DNA of 62,953 nucleotides, filler included, from Hausera hauseri (lineage: Eukaryota): NCBI GenBank assembly GCA_046269625.1. It is 10 parts of 10 records of this genome, joined end to end, with 100 filler letters (N's around TTAATTAATTAA, not from the genome) between each part and the next. Parts side by side here need not be neighbours in the genome. Positions count along the whole stretch, not along the records: positions 12,128 to 16,930 come from JBJURY010430474.1; positions 17,031 to 24,955 come from JBJURY010872070.1; 8 more parts are not named here. One strand, given 5' to 3'. This document shows, one piece after another, positions 12,128 through 24,041 of the stretch (its first letter is position 1; each line of letters begins with the position of its first letter). Made by a program: the position numbers and the translations under genes. The notes beneath the pieces were generated by a model. That model was not told the DNA's origin and searched no databases. It saw nothing but the letters and a program-made list of their open reading frames with translations.

Positions 12128-13442
12128 AGGACACAAAAGTGACAGCTTTCATGGCACGGTTCAGTCCACAATGACTTCACAAACGGAGATTAGAGCTGGA
12201 AGAAAAAGGTTTTGCATGAAGGTAGCTGCTTTTGTTGGCGCCAGATTGGATTATTAGCATCACAAATGTAAAAAGTCTCAGATTGATAAAACCACTGAAT
12301 TTTGGAGAACATTAGAGAGCAAGCATTAAAGAGTCAGACAACACAGACAAATGAAGTCCTATGTTAGTATGATAATCCCTTAGATAAAATATGGATGGAA
12401 ATTGTGGGCATACTTTCAACCATAGACAATACCACGTTGGTTTCCTTGAGTTATTATCACCATGTGGATATCGATGAACAAACATATGAGCTGTAGGGAG
12501 AAACACGTAAAGAGAGAAAGAATAATGTCCACAAAGGATGAAAAACCACAAGAAACCATTAGAAAGACCAACAGAAATACATGAACACAAATAAGACAAT
12601 GGCTGTAGAATCCATAAACTGTAATTGTTGCAACGTATTAAAAATGTCATGGAATAAACATTTTCATTTTCAAGCATGTTGATTGGCTGATTACAAATGT
12701 TACTATTTTTAGTTACTTCCCATTAAAACATTTGTTAATAAGCGTAGAAATTGGATTTCATGTGAAAATTTCATTGCATAGAGTGAGAAAAAATCCATAA
12801 CGACCAATAAAACAAAAATATATCCCGATCATTTCTACTGATAACGTGCGATAACAATGAAATTTGGTGAAACTAACATGACATACAGCCGATTAATAAT
12901 CACAATGACGTAACAGCGGAAATGCAGCATTTCATTTGCCAGTTTTCGTACAGGGAGGTATGTTTGTTGTCTATAAAATACAAAGTCACTGAATTTTGTC
13001 TGAATGCATGGTAAATTATTATTGGCTCATATGCAACAAATGTTCTATTTCTAGTAACGAATTTCATATAACTGCGCCAGACGTAACAGACAACGATTGA
13101 AAATAAATTATTATTTTTAAAGATTACCAAAAAATCCTTGATTGCGTATCACTCGACACGTACACAAACACAGAATGGCCGCTTTTTAAAGAATTTTCTA
13201 TTTTAGTAACAATTTTGTTTAATTATTGAAAATAAATGGACAATTCCCAGACAATTTAAAGCTATCTTGTAGAATTAAATTAATCGTAATTATATAAATT
13301 ATAAAAATGAAATAAGAAAATTACATTTGATACGAAAGCTCCTTCTCCAAATGCAGCCAGATCAATACCGGAGAAACATTTAACATTATTGACTTTATAA
13401 TTGGATGTAACTTTATTTATCAATTATTAAACGATGTCGTAC

Positions 13443-13737
13443 CTCGAGTTCGACCGACGTCTAATTTCGAGTCAAACGTTGGTGTATTACTACTATTATT
13501 TGGCGAGTCAAATAAATCCAAACCGCTACTGATTCTGATATAGTTTTTTGAATCTAATTCCGAATTATCACACTGTTTTATCGTCGATATTATGCTTTTA
13601 TCGTGATCTAAATAAATACCAAACAAAATAGGTAAAACCAACAAATTATCGCCAAAAGAACATTACAAATTTCTTTTACCAAGTGAAATCTCTGAAAAAT
13701 AAAACTCACCTGACGTTTGTATTCTGACGGTTGCCAT
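13443..13737 (-). CDS. Possible first two exons of an unidentified spliced host gene (exon 1 13737-13710, exon 2 13607-13443)
   Basis: ATG at 13737, donor G|GTGAGT, T-rich acceptor TATTTATTTAG, phase-compatible join MATVRIQTS-D-HDKSIIST..., second donor G|GTAC. No protein family recognised. Confidence 0.3.
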
Positions 13738-14639
13738 TGCAGAATTGAAATAAATTGAAAATGGCATTACCGATATTTTATATGATCAATATCGCGAAAG
13801 TGGGTCAATCTCAGTGATATGTTTTTCCATGAATCGACTATTGCTTCTCACTATTATTGTAACCAAATAAAGGGAAGTTTTGTGTTGAGACAATTTTTCG
13901 TCATGATAGAAGTAAGAAATGACATCACATTTTTAATTACATGGCCTTTTAATTATGCAACAGGTGTTTATATCCCAATGTCAGTGTACAAGTCTACATG
14001 TGCAGGTGCAAGGTGTAAACAGTGTAGCAAATGGTGTGGGATTTTTAATATTTTTCTCTGTCTTGACTTTTGTTCTGACCAAAACATTACCAGTTTGTCT
14101 ACTAAACATGCAAAGATCAAGCAGTCAGTAAATGATAACGCTATTTAACTGCAATCATTCTGGTGGTGGTGGTAGATCTCCTGGTAGCTGTGAGCTATAA
14201 ACTCTTGCCAACTGCCCCAATAAAAAACTTTCATGTCTTTCATGAGCTGGATCAACATCACTGCACTCTGGACTGGTCCATAGGTGCTCAGATTGCTGCA
14301 TCACTATTTGCTCAAGCATGTCATGCTCAACCATTCTGTGTTAACTGACAAGTCATCTGGTATGTCTGATGTGATGTTTACATTTGGCGTGGTCATTTTC
14401 AATCCTTAGTTTTCACATTCTGGAGATTGTTGTTGAATCACAATTAGTGAGGTCCTCAGTCCATACGTACTTTCTGTGAGCACTGATGACTTCAGCCAGA
14501 TTCATTGGCTGACTGTAGGATATGACAGCAGAGCTGGCCAGTTGGTCCGTTCTCTCATTACCCTCCAGACCGGCATGGCCTGGTACGAATATGAAGGTGA
14601 CACTGCGGACTGTGCACCTCTGCAGTGATTCAAGCCAAG

Positions 14640-16930
14640 GCCGACGTGTCCAGCCAGGCTTTCCACCTCCATAGTCAGGCTGCTGGTAGTCACGGCAAAG
14701 GCGCCACTAGCCTCTTTGACTGTTCTTTCACATGAGCGGGCTGTGAATGCACATGCGCACCGATGATGAAGAATTACCGAGCCGTCTGTGTATATGACAG
14801 AATCTTCTTGAGTGGAATATCCGCTGATAAGTGTTTGGACTTCAGCCTGTACAGCGACAGGACTTTACTCTTTGGATTGGCTGTCAAGAGTGATGATGAC
14901 TGAGGTGTCTCGAAATATGGGAGGGATCGATACCCATTCCTCTCCTGGTACTATGACGTTATCTTCTGCTCTTCCCATCCAGACTTGCCTCTCTTCTGTC
15001 TATTACCCTTTTTCTTAATGAGCTATGGGTATGGCCGTTGTTCCACAACAGCACTGATCCTCAGAAATGCAAGTGTTCTGCAATTTTTGATCCTGTTTTC
15101 CATAGTTGAAAGGCATTCTATCAGGTGGGGGAAAACAGGGTCACCAAAAGAAAAAATGGGAGAATAATATCAAGGAATGGACAGACATGACGTTCAGCGC
15201 ATCACATAACACAGAAACGAACCGATACGAATGGAGAAGAGTCCTACGAGGGTCAATCAATTTTCCCCAACGACCATTATTGGTTGTGGGACTGATGATA
15301 ATGGTGATCCAAAGTTGGACAGTCTAAAAGATATCGCATGGCAAGACAGGTGTATCTTTTGTGCATATGTTGCGCATGGCCTCTTTCCGAATTCTTTTGA
15401 GTTTGCCAATCTGAGTGTGGCTGATGGTGAGGATCGGCAGCGCGTATTCAATGACTGACAGGACTAGACCGTGATACAACAACACAAGAAGTCGCTGTTC
15501 AATATTGGCAGCTGCCATGACTTTATTACGGACAGCTCCTTACGAACCTTGGATATTACATGCTCCACGTGATCTTTGAAACACAGACTGCCATCAAATT
15601 TCACTCCCAGGTATTTCATTGAGACAGACCTAGCAATATCTCTGTCTCCAGTTCTCACCACAGGCGTATCAATGTTGACAATGTGGTTGTCATGTGGGAG
15701 TACAACCATGTTATTGCCACCTTTGTTGGATTTATAGATGATTTGAGATTTCGCAACAGGATGTCAGGCGATTCAGTTCGTCATGCAATAAGTTGGTTAC
15801 CTCGATTCTGTTGTTTCCCTGTCGATACACGAAAATATTATCAACAAAGGATAGTGTTCTTTCCCTCCCATTAAGTTGATGTTCAGAGACAGCCAGTATG
15901 TATGCATTGAACATGATTGGTGATGGCGTTGAGCCCTGTTGGGGACCTGGCCAAATTGTTATTTTCTGAGATGTTCAGCTGCCACACCTGAGTGCTACCT
16001 TTCTTTCAAATAGAACTGCCCCTATTGACCTTACGAGGAGAGGGTCTGCATCGAGTTCCAAAAGTTTGGATATCAACTACTCGAATGGTATCCTCTTGTA
16101 TGCATCTTTTTGGTCGATTGTGCACGTTTCTACTCCTTCATGAAATCCTTCGTATACGTCGTAGGCAAGGACTGCAGCGTTACACCATGTCTCTCTGTTG
16201 TATCGACCGCCTCCTAGTGTGGGTGCGAGCAAGTGGTTGGATTCAAGGTGCCAGGCCAGTATGCGTGCGACAATCTTTTCAAGCAGTTTGCCGATGGTGT
16301 TCTGCATCGTGATTATACGGAAGCCGCTGATATGGGAGTGGTCTTTGTAGCTATGTAGCCAAGTCTCCTTGATCACACCGTCTGTAATGCTGTTGTTGAA
16401 TTCTGTGGCCAAGTCATTTATATCTTCATCCGCTAGATTGCTTATGTCTGCGTATCGAATGCCGTCAGGCCCTGAGGCTGTGTTGCGAGAACCCTTGAGT
16501 ATTCTGCGCAGCACCTCAATTGTAATGAAGTCATCTTCACCTAGCGCCATACCTTCAGACAGCTTTGCAATCTTGGCTCTGTTCTCTAGTCTCGTGGCTT
16601 CATTCTTCTGGTCGGTCTGCTCAATGAAGCGTACAAGTAAGACCTTTCCCTTGCTTTTATCGGTTCGCTGCCAGTTCATGTTCGTATTCTTGAAATCTGT
16701 GACACCTCTGTGTGTAGTATTGATGTTCATGCTCCGATGTAGGCGCCAGAATAAACCGAGAAACGTTTCCGAACATGTCTTGGCTTGTTTAGCGCAGGTC
16801 TTGAAGTGCATACCCTTGTCATTCACGCCTTGCTACAATCTCTAGTGCATCCTAGAATGATGCGCATGGCCTCATTCTGAATCTTTTCTAGTCTCTGAGT
16901 TTGTGTCTTACTGAGCGTCAGAATTGCCAG
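14640..16930 (-). mobile_element. Decayed non-LTR retrotransposon with RT and RNase H (I/Ingi/R1-like group)
   Basis: TASGPDGI, FRIITMQNTIGKLLEKIV, D.KDAY (16077-16826); LSFVDNIFVY (degenerate FADD); MKYLGVKFDGSLCFKDHV; RNase H motif SVIYTDGSV...SGAFAVTTSSLTMEVE near 14660-14800. Confidence 0.85.
15095..15310 (+). mobile_element. RTE-clade LINE 3' fragment nested in the minus-strand LINE
   Basis: GGGKQGHQKKKWENNIKEWT...NRYEWRRV...PQRP is the typical RTE ORF C-terminus, followed by a TGATGATAATGGTGAT tail. Confidence 0.75.
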
Positions 16931-17030
16931 NNNNNNNNNNNNNNNNNNNNNNNNNNNNNNNNNNNNNNNNNNNNTTAATTAATTAANNNNNNNNNNNNNN
17001 NNNNNNNNNNNNNNNNNNNNNNNNNNNNNN
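16931..17030. other. Artificial contig spacer
   Basis: Same linker. Confidence 0.98.
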
Positions 17031-18055
17031 GTCTTTGCTCGGTCTATGTCTTCTTCGTCCTTCGCAATGATTGATTTATATCGACATAATAATTCGTAAA
17101 ACTGGCATTAAGCTTCTGGTGAAAATTTCGTATCTAAGTATGGTGGAAATTCAGTCTATTTATACGGTTTCTCTTCAACCGTTATTGCTGATCCTTTGTA
17201 AGTATGCCCTAGAGTAGTGTTAGCATATAATCTTACTGAAATTTTAGCCTTATTCACTATCCTTACGGGTATTCGCCCGGATGCTACTCGGGTCAGTACG
17301 GTGCTTAATATTATACTTGGATTTAGCGTTTCTTTCGGCTCAAAGTATACTGGAAAATCACCATCTTGACAGATTTGCGCGAATATCAACAATTCCGTTC
17401 TAGGCGGAATGTTCTTGTCGACCGGAATCCATACTTCTCCGGATTCTCTTTCATTATTAATCTTAATTTGTTTTATCGGTCGGATCTCGATTAACTTAAC
17501 GTTTGGTAGACGTCTTAATATATCACACCCTAGTACTACGTCGTCTGTTAAGTGTTTTATTATAGAAAATTCATGTTGAAATGTTTGTCCCATTATTTTA
17601 AGATTAGGATTCCACTTAAATTTTGGTCTTGATTCTTGTCCGAAAGCTCCTATACTTCCGGGATCCGTTGCTATTGGTAGACGTGGCTTATTCCGTAGTG
17701 CTTTTGGTATCGATCCGTCCTTTATAAATGATTTCTCTGATCCGGTATCTACTAGTGCGTATACTTCCCAATCGTTACTACTAATTTTGGTGAAAGGCCT
17801 ACCTTTTATTTTAGGTTGTTTAACGACGGATATCTTGTACCCATTTATACTGATTTCGGGTATCTTATTTTCGACTACTTGCCTTAGTTCTTCAATGGGG
17901 TATAACCCATTATTTACGACACTCTCGTTGTTCCGTTCTGGCGTACTAATTAACGGTTCTCGATTGTTTGTGCTATGGAAAAATGGCATTTGTGGATTAT
18001 CCCAATTTGATGATTTAGTTTTTATATTCCGTGAAATCCTGGGAGAGTATATCAC
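17031..18055 (-). pseudogene. pol: Retropepsin aspartic protease and Gypsy-type PR-RT spacer
   Basis: VYALVDTGSEKSFI and DVVLGCDIL; spacer IPPRTE...GRIPVRIVN...NTTLG. In frame beyond the stop at 17156: FSPEA*CQFYELLCRYKSIIAKDEEDIDR, typical of the segment just before Gypsy RT. Confidence 0.88.
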
Positions 18056-18286
18056 TCTGTGGTCATCTACTGATTGGCGGCATAATTCAGATTTTTCTTT
18101 AATTCAGTACATTTTCCGTAACATGCCGTAATGTTTTGTCCCTTCATAGGGATCTTCGTAACTGAAAGGCTTTCGATAGATTTCCGAACTATAGGAGTTA
18201 ATAGATCTCGTATCGCTGTGTTCATATTGCGGTGCCGAAGGGGGCAGCATTGGCAAAGGCGGCCTAAGTGTCTTACGATTGCTTAT

Positions 18287-20259
18287 CTAAGAGACCGCGT
18301 CTCTTGCCTTAGACTCATCATCATCCGAATCGTTTCTTCGAAATTTTGTATTTCTTTGTCCTATAGAAAATATAGGTTTTCTCTTTCGTTTCCGATTATA
18401 ATAACCAACGTGTCTCTCCACGTTGCTTTTCCATTTGTTTTCTTCGTAAGCTTTCAGAAATTTTACAAACAGCGTTATGATCGCGGTCAAAATTTTGCAT
18501 GAAAATCCGGTTAGAATAAATATTTCATAGCCATTTATGATAGATTGAATTATAGCCTTTACGAGTTGTACTAAGAAGTAGATGGCTAAAAATACTGATG
18601 CAGCTTGTCCAAAAATTAAAAATCTTCCCAAGATTTTATATAGTATTTCTGTAGTGACGCTCTGATAATGATTGACGCCAAGTAGGGATTCCCATTTTGT
18701 TTGATAGCTTGTGTCATCCGTCACCGTTGACACGGCTCTATTTAGCTCATGTGTACGCTATCGAGTGAAGGTTAGGAATTGTCTGAAGGCTTCAATTTCC
18801 TTTGTTCTCTAAATCCCTTTACTTGCAGTGTCGGCGAACTTATCGTCTGTTATGCCTTTTAACAAATTTGTTCCAGTTAATTTATCCGGCGTGGATATTA
18901 TTCCTCCATTAAGCAGACTTAACCAATCTGTCTCACTCCTCTTGAACATATGTTCGCCTAAACCTGCTTTGCATTCTTTCAAAACAGTTGGCTGTGTCGG
19001 GTTTTCTAGCAAGACTCTAGTGAGTGGCATAGCCAATCGAGGTACGTTTTGATATATGACTGGCAATTCTTGGATACAACGTTTTTCCTCCATGCGATAC
19101 ATCTCGTTTTTCGCATTCGTAGGTCAACAGGACTTCTCCGGTAGCTCGTCCGAAAATGCCTTCTTTCATTGGAATTACGGGCGATGGTAATTCTGGATTT
19201 GCGTATATTAAGGCTAATTTGGTCCTCATGATTTCCATATCCAATTTACAGTCATTTGCGATCATCTTGTGATATAACTGCTAGTCCAATTTGCCCTTTA
19301 TAATAGAAGTAATTATCTCTATTCTTTAAGTAATCTTCTATTCTTACATTTTGTGTTTCTAGTGAAAAGGTAGTTATTGCAGCTTCTTCTACGAAGAGTG
19401 CTTCATAATTGGTGGCGTACATTACTACATTGCATCGAGAAAGCATTTGCTTCTTAATGAACTTCAACCAATGATCCTCGGAGATCAATATCGTGGGTGT
19501 GGGCTGTTCAGCTACGTCCTTCCTTGACCTAGCATTATTGTCAGTCGTGTCTACATATCTTTTTCCAGTGGTTTCATTAAAATTTATTTCTTTTATGTTA
19601 ATAGTTACAATCGTTCATAGGTGGTGGGGTCCAAATAACTATCGAATTTCGGAAAGTACAGGCACCATCTTGGATATGTCACTTATGGTTTTCGGTATGT
19701 TTTTGTAACACTATGGAACATCACCTTTTGGTTCCTCATTTCTGTCTCATAGAAAATCGACCACTACTATTCCTGCTTCTCTTCCTTTTCCTGTATTGTA
19801 CTCACCCCCTTTACAGTATCCGGTATGCATATCTAATTTCCCAATTGCTACTTTATACACTCGAATTATCTTTCCTGATTGGGCTTCTAACTCCATCCCA
19901 TCCCATCTCAATATTTCTGTTTCCTTGGCTTGTTTGCATTGTTGTTGATCTAAATCCATAGGAATTAGCGGTGTCGTTGGTTTTACGATTGACGAATGTC
20001 CGTGCATATTTTCACAGTGAAGAATGCTTCGCGATCGTCGTAACGTACACTCTATCCCATCGATTGCAATTAGTTCGCGTTGTTGGTACGAGAAATACTT
20101 TTTCTCAATGGTTACTAACTTGTGAGGGCGGGCGTCTTCGCATAGTTCAAGATCCATAAAGGAATATCTTTGTCCAACCTTAAACTTATCGCAGTCATAT
20201 ACTGTGATTGCACCGAGCTGTCTTATTAACACCATAAGTGTTATTAGTTTAATCATCCA
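18287..20259 (-). pseudogene. env: Chuvirus-like / gB-type (class III) envelope glycoprotein, frameshifted
   Basis: Signal-like WMIKLITLMVLIRQLGA then ITVYDC...YSFMDLELC; IECTLRRS...HCENMHGHSSIV; QQCKQA; NDCKLDMEIMRTKLAL...NPE...GIFGRATGEVLLTYECE; CIQELPV; TM FLIFGQAASVFLAIYFLVQLV; basic tail. Confidence 0.85.
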
Positions 20260-20767
20260 ACTTGATTCACTATCTCGCGCTGAGTTAGTTAGTATTAAAT
20301 TTCTTACCACATCTTCAATTCTAGTGGTCGGCCTGTTTCCATCTTCGTCGTCAAATAGCTTAGACCAATTTAACTCTCTAGGTATCTTCCTAGCAGCTGT
20401 TCTGATCAATCCAATGGTTCGATTGAATTCATCTTCCTTTACAGGATTTGTTTTGATTGCCAAGTACAATATTACTTTCCTTAATTATTCCTTAGTATTC
20501 TCTACCATAATTTTCTCGATTAAAACTTCGTCAGGTAAGTTGCTTTTGTTCATTTTGAACCGAAATGTTCTCATTATTCTCGCATCATCATATATTGCTT
20601 TTTCTTTTCCATCTAACATCTCTTTTCTTGATCCCGAATAGTTCACTATTTTGATAATGTATCTCAGCAACTCGTTTAACTCTTCGCTATCGGAGTTAAT
20701 CGCGGGCATGGATAATTGCCTTAATTCTCATATCAGGGCTGCACTTTGGTCAATATTATATCTTATT

Positions 20768-21204
20768 TTTCTTGGCCTTCCAACTGGTCGTTTTTGTTTT
20801 GGCGAAGTTGTTATAGCTTCGTTCATCGGTACTAGATTCTTATCGTATTGTTCCTTATCTTCCTCACTTTGGAGGTAGTCAAAATACACGACAGGGTCTC
20901 GGATTCCCATAATTCGTCCTACGCAGTGTTCGTCTCGCACTTTTCTTACAGCCTCGTTTTTTGTCTGTTCGTCGCTAATTATAGCCACTATTCGATTTGA
21001 TTTCTCTGGAATAATTCCAACATCTATTAGTAGCTCAGGTTCGTCCAGTATTCTACCTTGAAAATATAATCGGTAATTTATTTCGTCTTTTCCACTGTTT
21101 TGTACTATCCATTGTTTTACTTCTCTAACCGATGTTATCGTTGTGCATTCAATTTCTCTCTCTTCTATCCATTCAGTTGATATTTTTACCTTAATCGTCG
21201 TTTC
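20768..21204 (-). pseudogene. Ubiquitin-like domain (approx. 21204-20975) plus AT-hook (approx. 20794-20768) in element B
   Basis: IKVKIS...TSVREVKQWIVQNSGKDEINYRLYFQGRILDEPELLIDVGI closely follows ubiquitin [40 protein letters not shown]; no C-terminal GG; downstream KRPVGRPRK. Confidence 0.75.
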
Positions 21205-24034
21205 GGGTTTAGCTTTCAAGAAATCAGCATATTTCTTTATCAATAGTCTGGGTACTGAGCTATAAACGGTATTTTCGCTAGATAGTTTGGTTAATGTAAG
21301 GATCAATTGTCTCAGTTTGCTCTCCGTCATGTTGACGTTAATCTGCTCAATTAATTCTCTCGGCCCGTGCGGGATCCAAGAGCATCTCCATATCAAATCG
21401 TCGGTCTGTTGGCAGAATATCCTTTTGTTGAAGTTGGATGGGTGTTTTTGGGTTTTGGTTGTACACATCTTCCAAATAAGCATCCCATCCTGAGTCGTCT
21501 GTGACGTCTGGAAGCCCATAATCCAACAATACCGTGGACTCTTCGTACAGTTTCGCGTATCTCGTTTAATCTCAACTGTACGTCTCTCATTAAGTTGGTT
21601 CGAAACACTGCTCCGTTTCCACACGCTAGTTGTATCGTTTTTAATGTCGTTCCTACTTCATCTGTAGAGAACAACCCTTTTCTTTCGTAATCTGTTAATT
21701 CGGTTGTTACATCCGTTAACCATCTTTGTACGAAATCTCTTTTATTCGTTAAGTCTGATTGCGTGATCTTATATTTATTCTTGAGTCTCCAATTCTTTGC
21801 CTAATTAATCTAGCTTCGTAGCTCTGCTTTGTGCGAATTTGCAATTCTTTTATATCTTTAACTTGAGTTGTCAATTGTCGCGTCTTGTCGTCATTTATCT
21901 CTGCCATTGTCGATAGCAGCGATATTAGTCCGTGCATTTCTTTTAGAGTTCTCGAATCTGGATCTATTTCTTCAATCAGCTTCTTTAAGAATTTAGCCTC
22001 GTCTGGTGTGAGGTGACAATCTTTCGTTATTTCTATCAACTAAGCAGGGCAATTTTGGTCGGTACCCGATGCCCACTCAAAAGGACCATGCGGATATTTT
22101 AGTACTTCTAACGCAATTTGATGATTTGGGCAAATATCCAACGTCGATAGATCTCATGGATATTTCATCTATGGGCCTTGTTGCCAAATGTCGTACACCT
22201 TCTAGGCGGACACCTTTTAGTCTCATCGATAAGGAGGAGATCTTTTCCTGTTTCACCGATTATTCCATTTCTTCGATCATGGTATACACTTCTTCTGTGA
22301 GTTTTATTTCCTGATTTTTACTCGTAAACCTTTGTCTCGATAATGCGTTAAATTCAACCCGAAGGTTTGCCTCTATTTTGTTACGGAGTATTTCCTTTAA
22401 CTGTTGTTTTAATATCGGTTCACATTCTGAATATTTCCTTAGACGATATTTCGTTAGACTCGCTAATCTGTCTAACAGTTCAATCCATTCGTTGAGTTGG
22501 TTATCTATCATTGGTTTTGCGTTTATTACGTTTTCTAATCGTTCGTATGCGTCGTTCAATTTATTGTCTGGACCTTTAATATAGTCCATTACTCCTTTAA
22601 CGTAGTTAATTTTCTTTTTGTATTCGTCCAGTTCTAAATACAGGTTTTCGTTATGTTTTGTACTTCCTGGTTCTCTGCATACGTTATTTTATTCCTATAT
22701 CTGTAGATTTCGTAGCGCCTTTTATCTTGCGAGGCTATGCGAATTCCTATGTCCGCATATTCTTTGGGTGCATTAAACGCGATCGTGCACATTTCCATTA
22801 TGAGAGGAATGTCTGCAAGTTCTATGCCTAATATTTAAATTCGTTTTTATCCAATTCGTTTATTGGTTTATTTTTGAGTTGATGGATTACTGCACTCTTT
22901 ATTTCTGCCATTAACCCCTCTAAATTCCGTTTTGTTCGCTTCTGTTTTGGATCCGTCTCTAACGTCTTTAGTAATCCTTAGGCAGTCGCCGCTTTACTTT
23001 TAATTTCTATCTCTTGATTATTCCATGTGTCAGTGAAGTCGATTTCGCTTTTCATCCATGTATCTAGTTTTGTCTTCCATTCTTCAATCGATTTCTCCAC
23101 AATGTCATCTACTTCCTCTAGTTCTTTTTCCCTGCTAACGTCTTCTTCAAGGTATCGTTTAAATTCTTTATACATTCTTTTGGCGAACTGCTGTTTTTTT
23201 CCAGATACATCTACTTGAGTTTTTATATGCCTTAATTCTTCGAGGTTGTGACGTATCGTCTCCGTATCTGTTGGCGCTATCCTAATTTCTTTTAATTTAT
23301 CTGCATTTTTCCAGGACTTTTTGATCCTCCATTCTTTTCCGACTAGCTTTTTAATTCGCTCTGTACAATCAGTTTCGCCTTCACTATCGGGCAGTGGACA
23401 TATCTCGTTTATCTCACTGTTCGCATCTCTTACTGTTACGCTTGTACTTGGAATATCTGGAACTTCAGTAAGCACCACGTCTGGAGTGATTAAGTTCGGG
23501 ATGTACTCTACGTCAGCATCTCGGAATTTGATCTTTCCTGCGTTGTCTCTTTAATGGCGATCTGGATCGACCCTTTGGTTTCTTTTAATCGATGGGCTAC
23601 GACCTCTATTTTTCGTTATTTTAAGTACTAATGGAGCTATATATTCACTCTCTATTTCGTCAGCCACATCTTGACGTCCTTCTGTCAGGTTTTCAGATTC
23701 AGCGTCCAAGTCTACGCTGGGCGATGTCTCTGCTACTTCCACCTTGCTTGCCCCTTCTGTTGCTACGGACTTTACAGGCACGTTCTTCTTGCGAACCATA
23801 TTACTGTTATCTGGCGCTATTAAGTACTCATTTCGTTCGAGGTTCAACTAGTCCATGATATACTTTTAATATTCGTACGTTGTCTTCATATTCCTTTCGA
23901 GCCTTCAGGATTTGCGGATTATTTGTTTCTCGTTGGCTTTTCAAGTATCGACGTGAATCTTGAATATCCAAAATTGCGCCTATGTCGCCTCTGGGACCGT
24001 ACTTCGTCTCTAGATCTTCCTGCGTCTTAATCAT
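21205..24034 (-). pseudogene. Accessory coding region of element B, charged and likely helical, unknown function
   Basis: Run of minus-strand ORF fragments (23828-24034, 23551-23847, 22978-23478, 22260-22589, 21749-22039, 21347-21529) with E/K-rich composition. Confidence 0.5.
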
Positions 24035-24041
24035 ACTTGCC

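Noticed and set aside
13692-13709. 18-nt micro-intron GTGAGTTTTATTTTTCAG
   Set aside because: Using this acceptor leads to a stop within a few codons; a downstream acceptor at 13608 gives a longer open exon.
12027-17031. Elements A and B as two halves of one inverted structure
   Set aside because: They are on different contigs and too divergent at protein level; adjacency is an artefact of concatenation.
17190-17430. dUTPase gene after the protease in element B
   Set aside because: The beta-rich spacer is common between Gypsy PR and RT and lacks the conserved dUTPase motifs.
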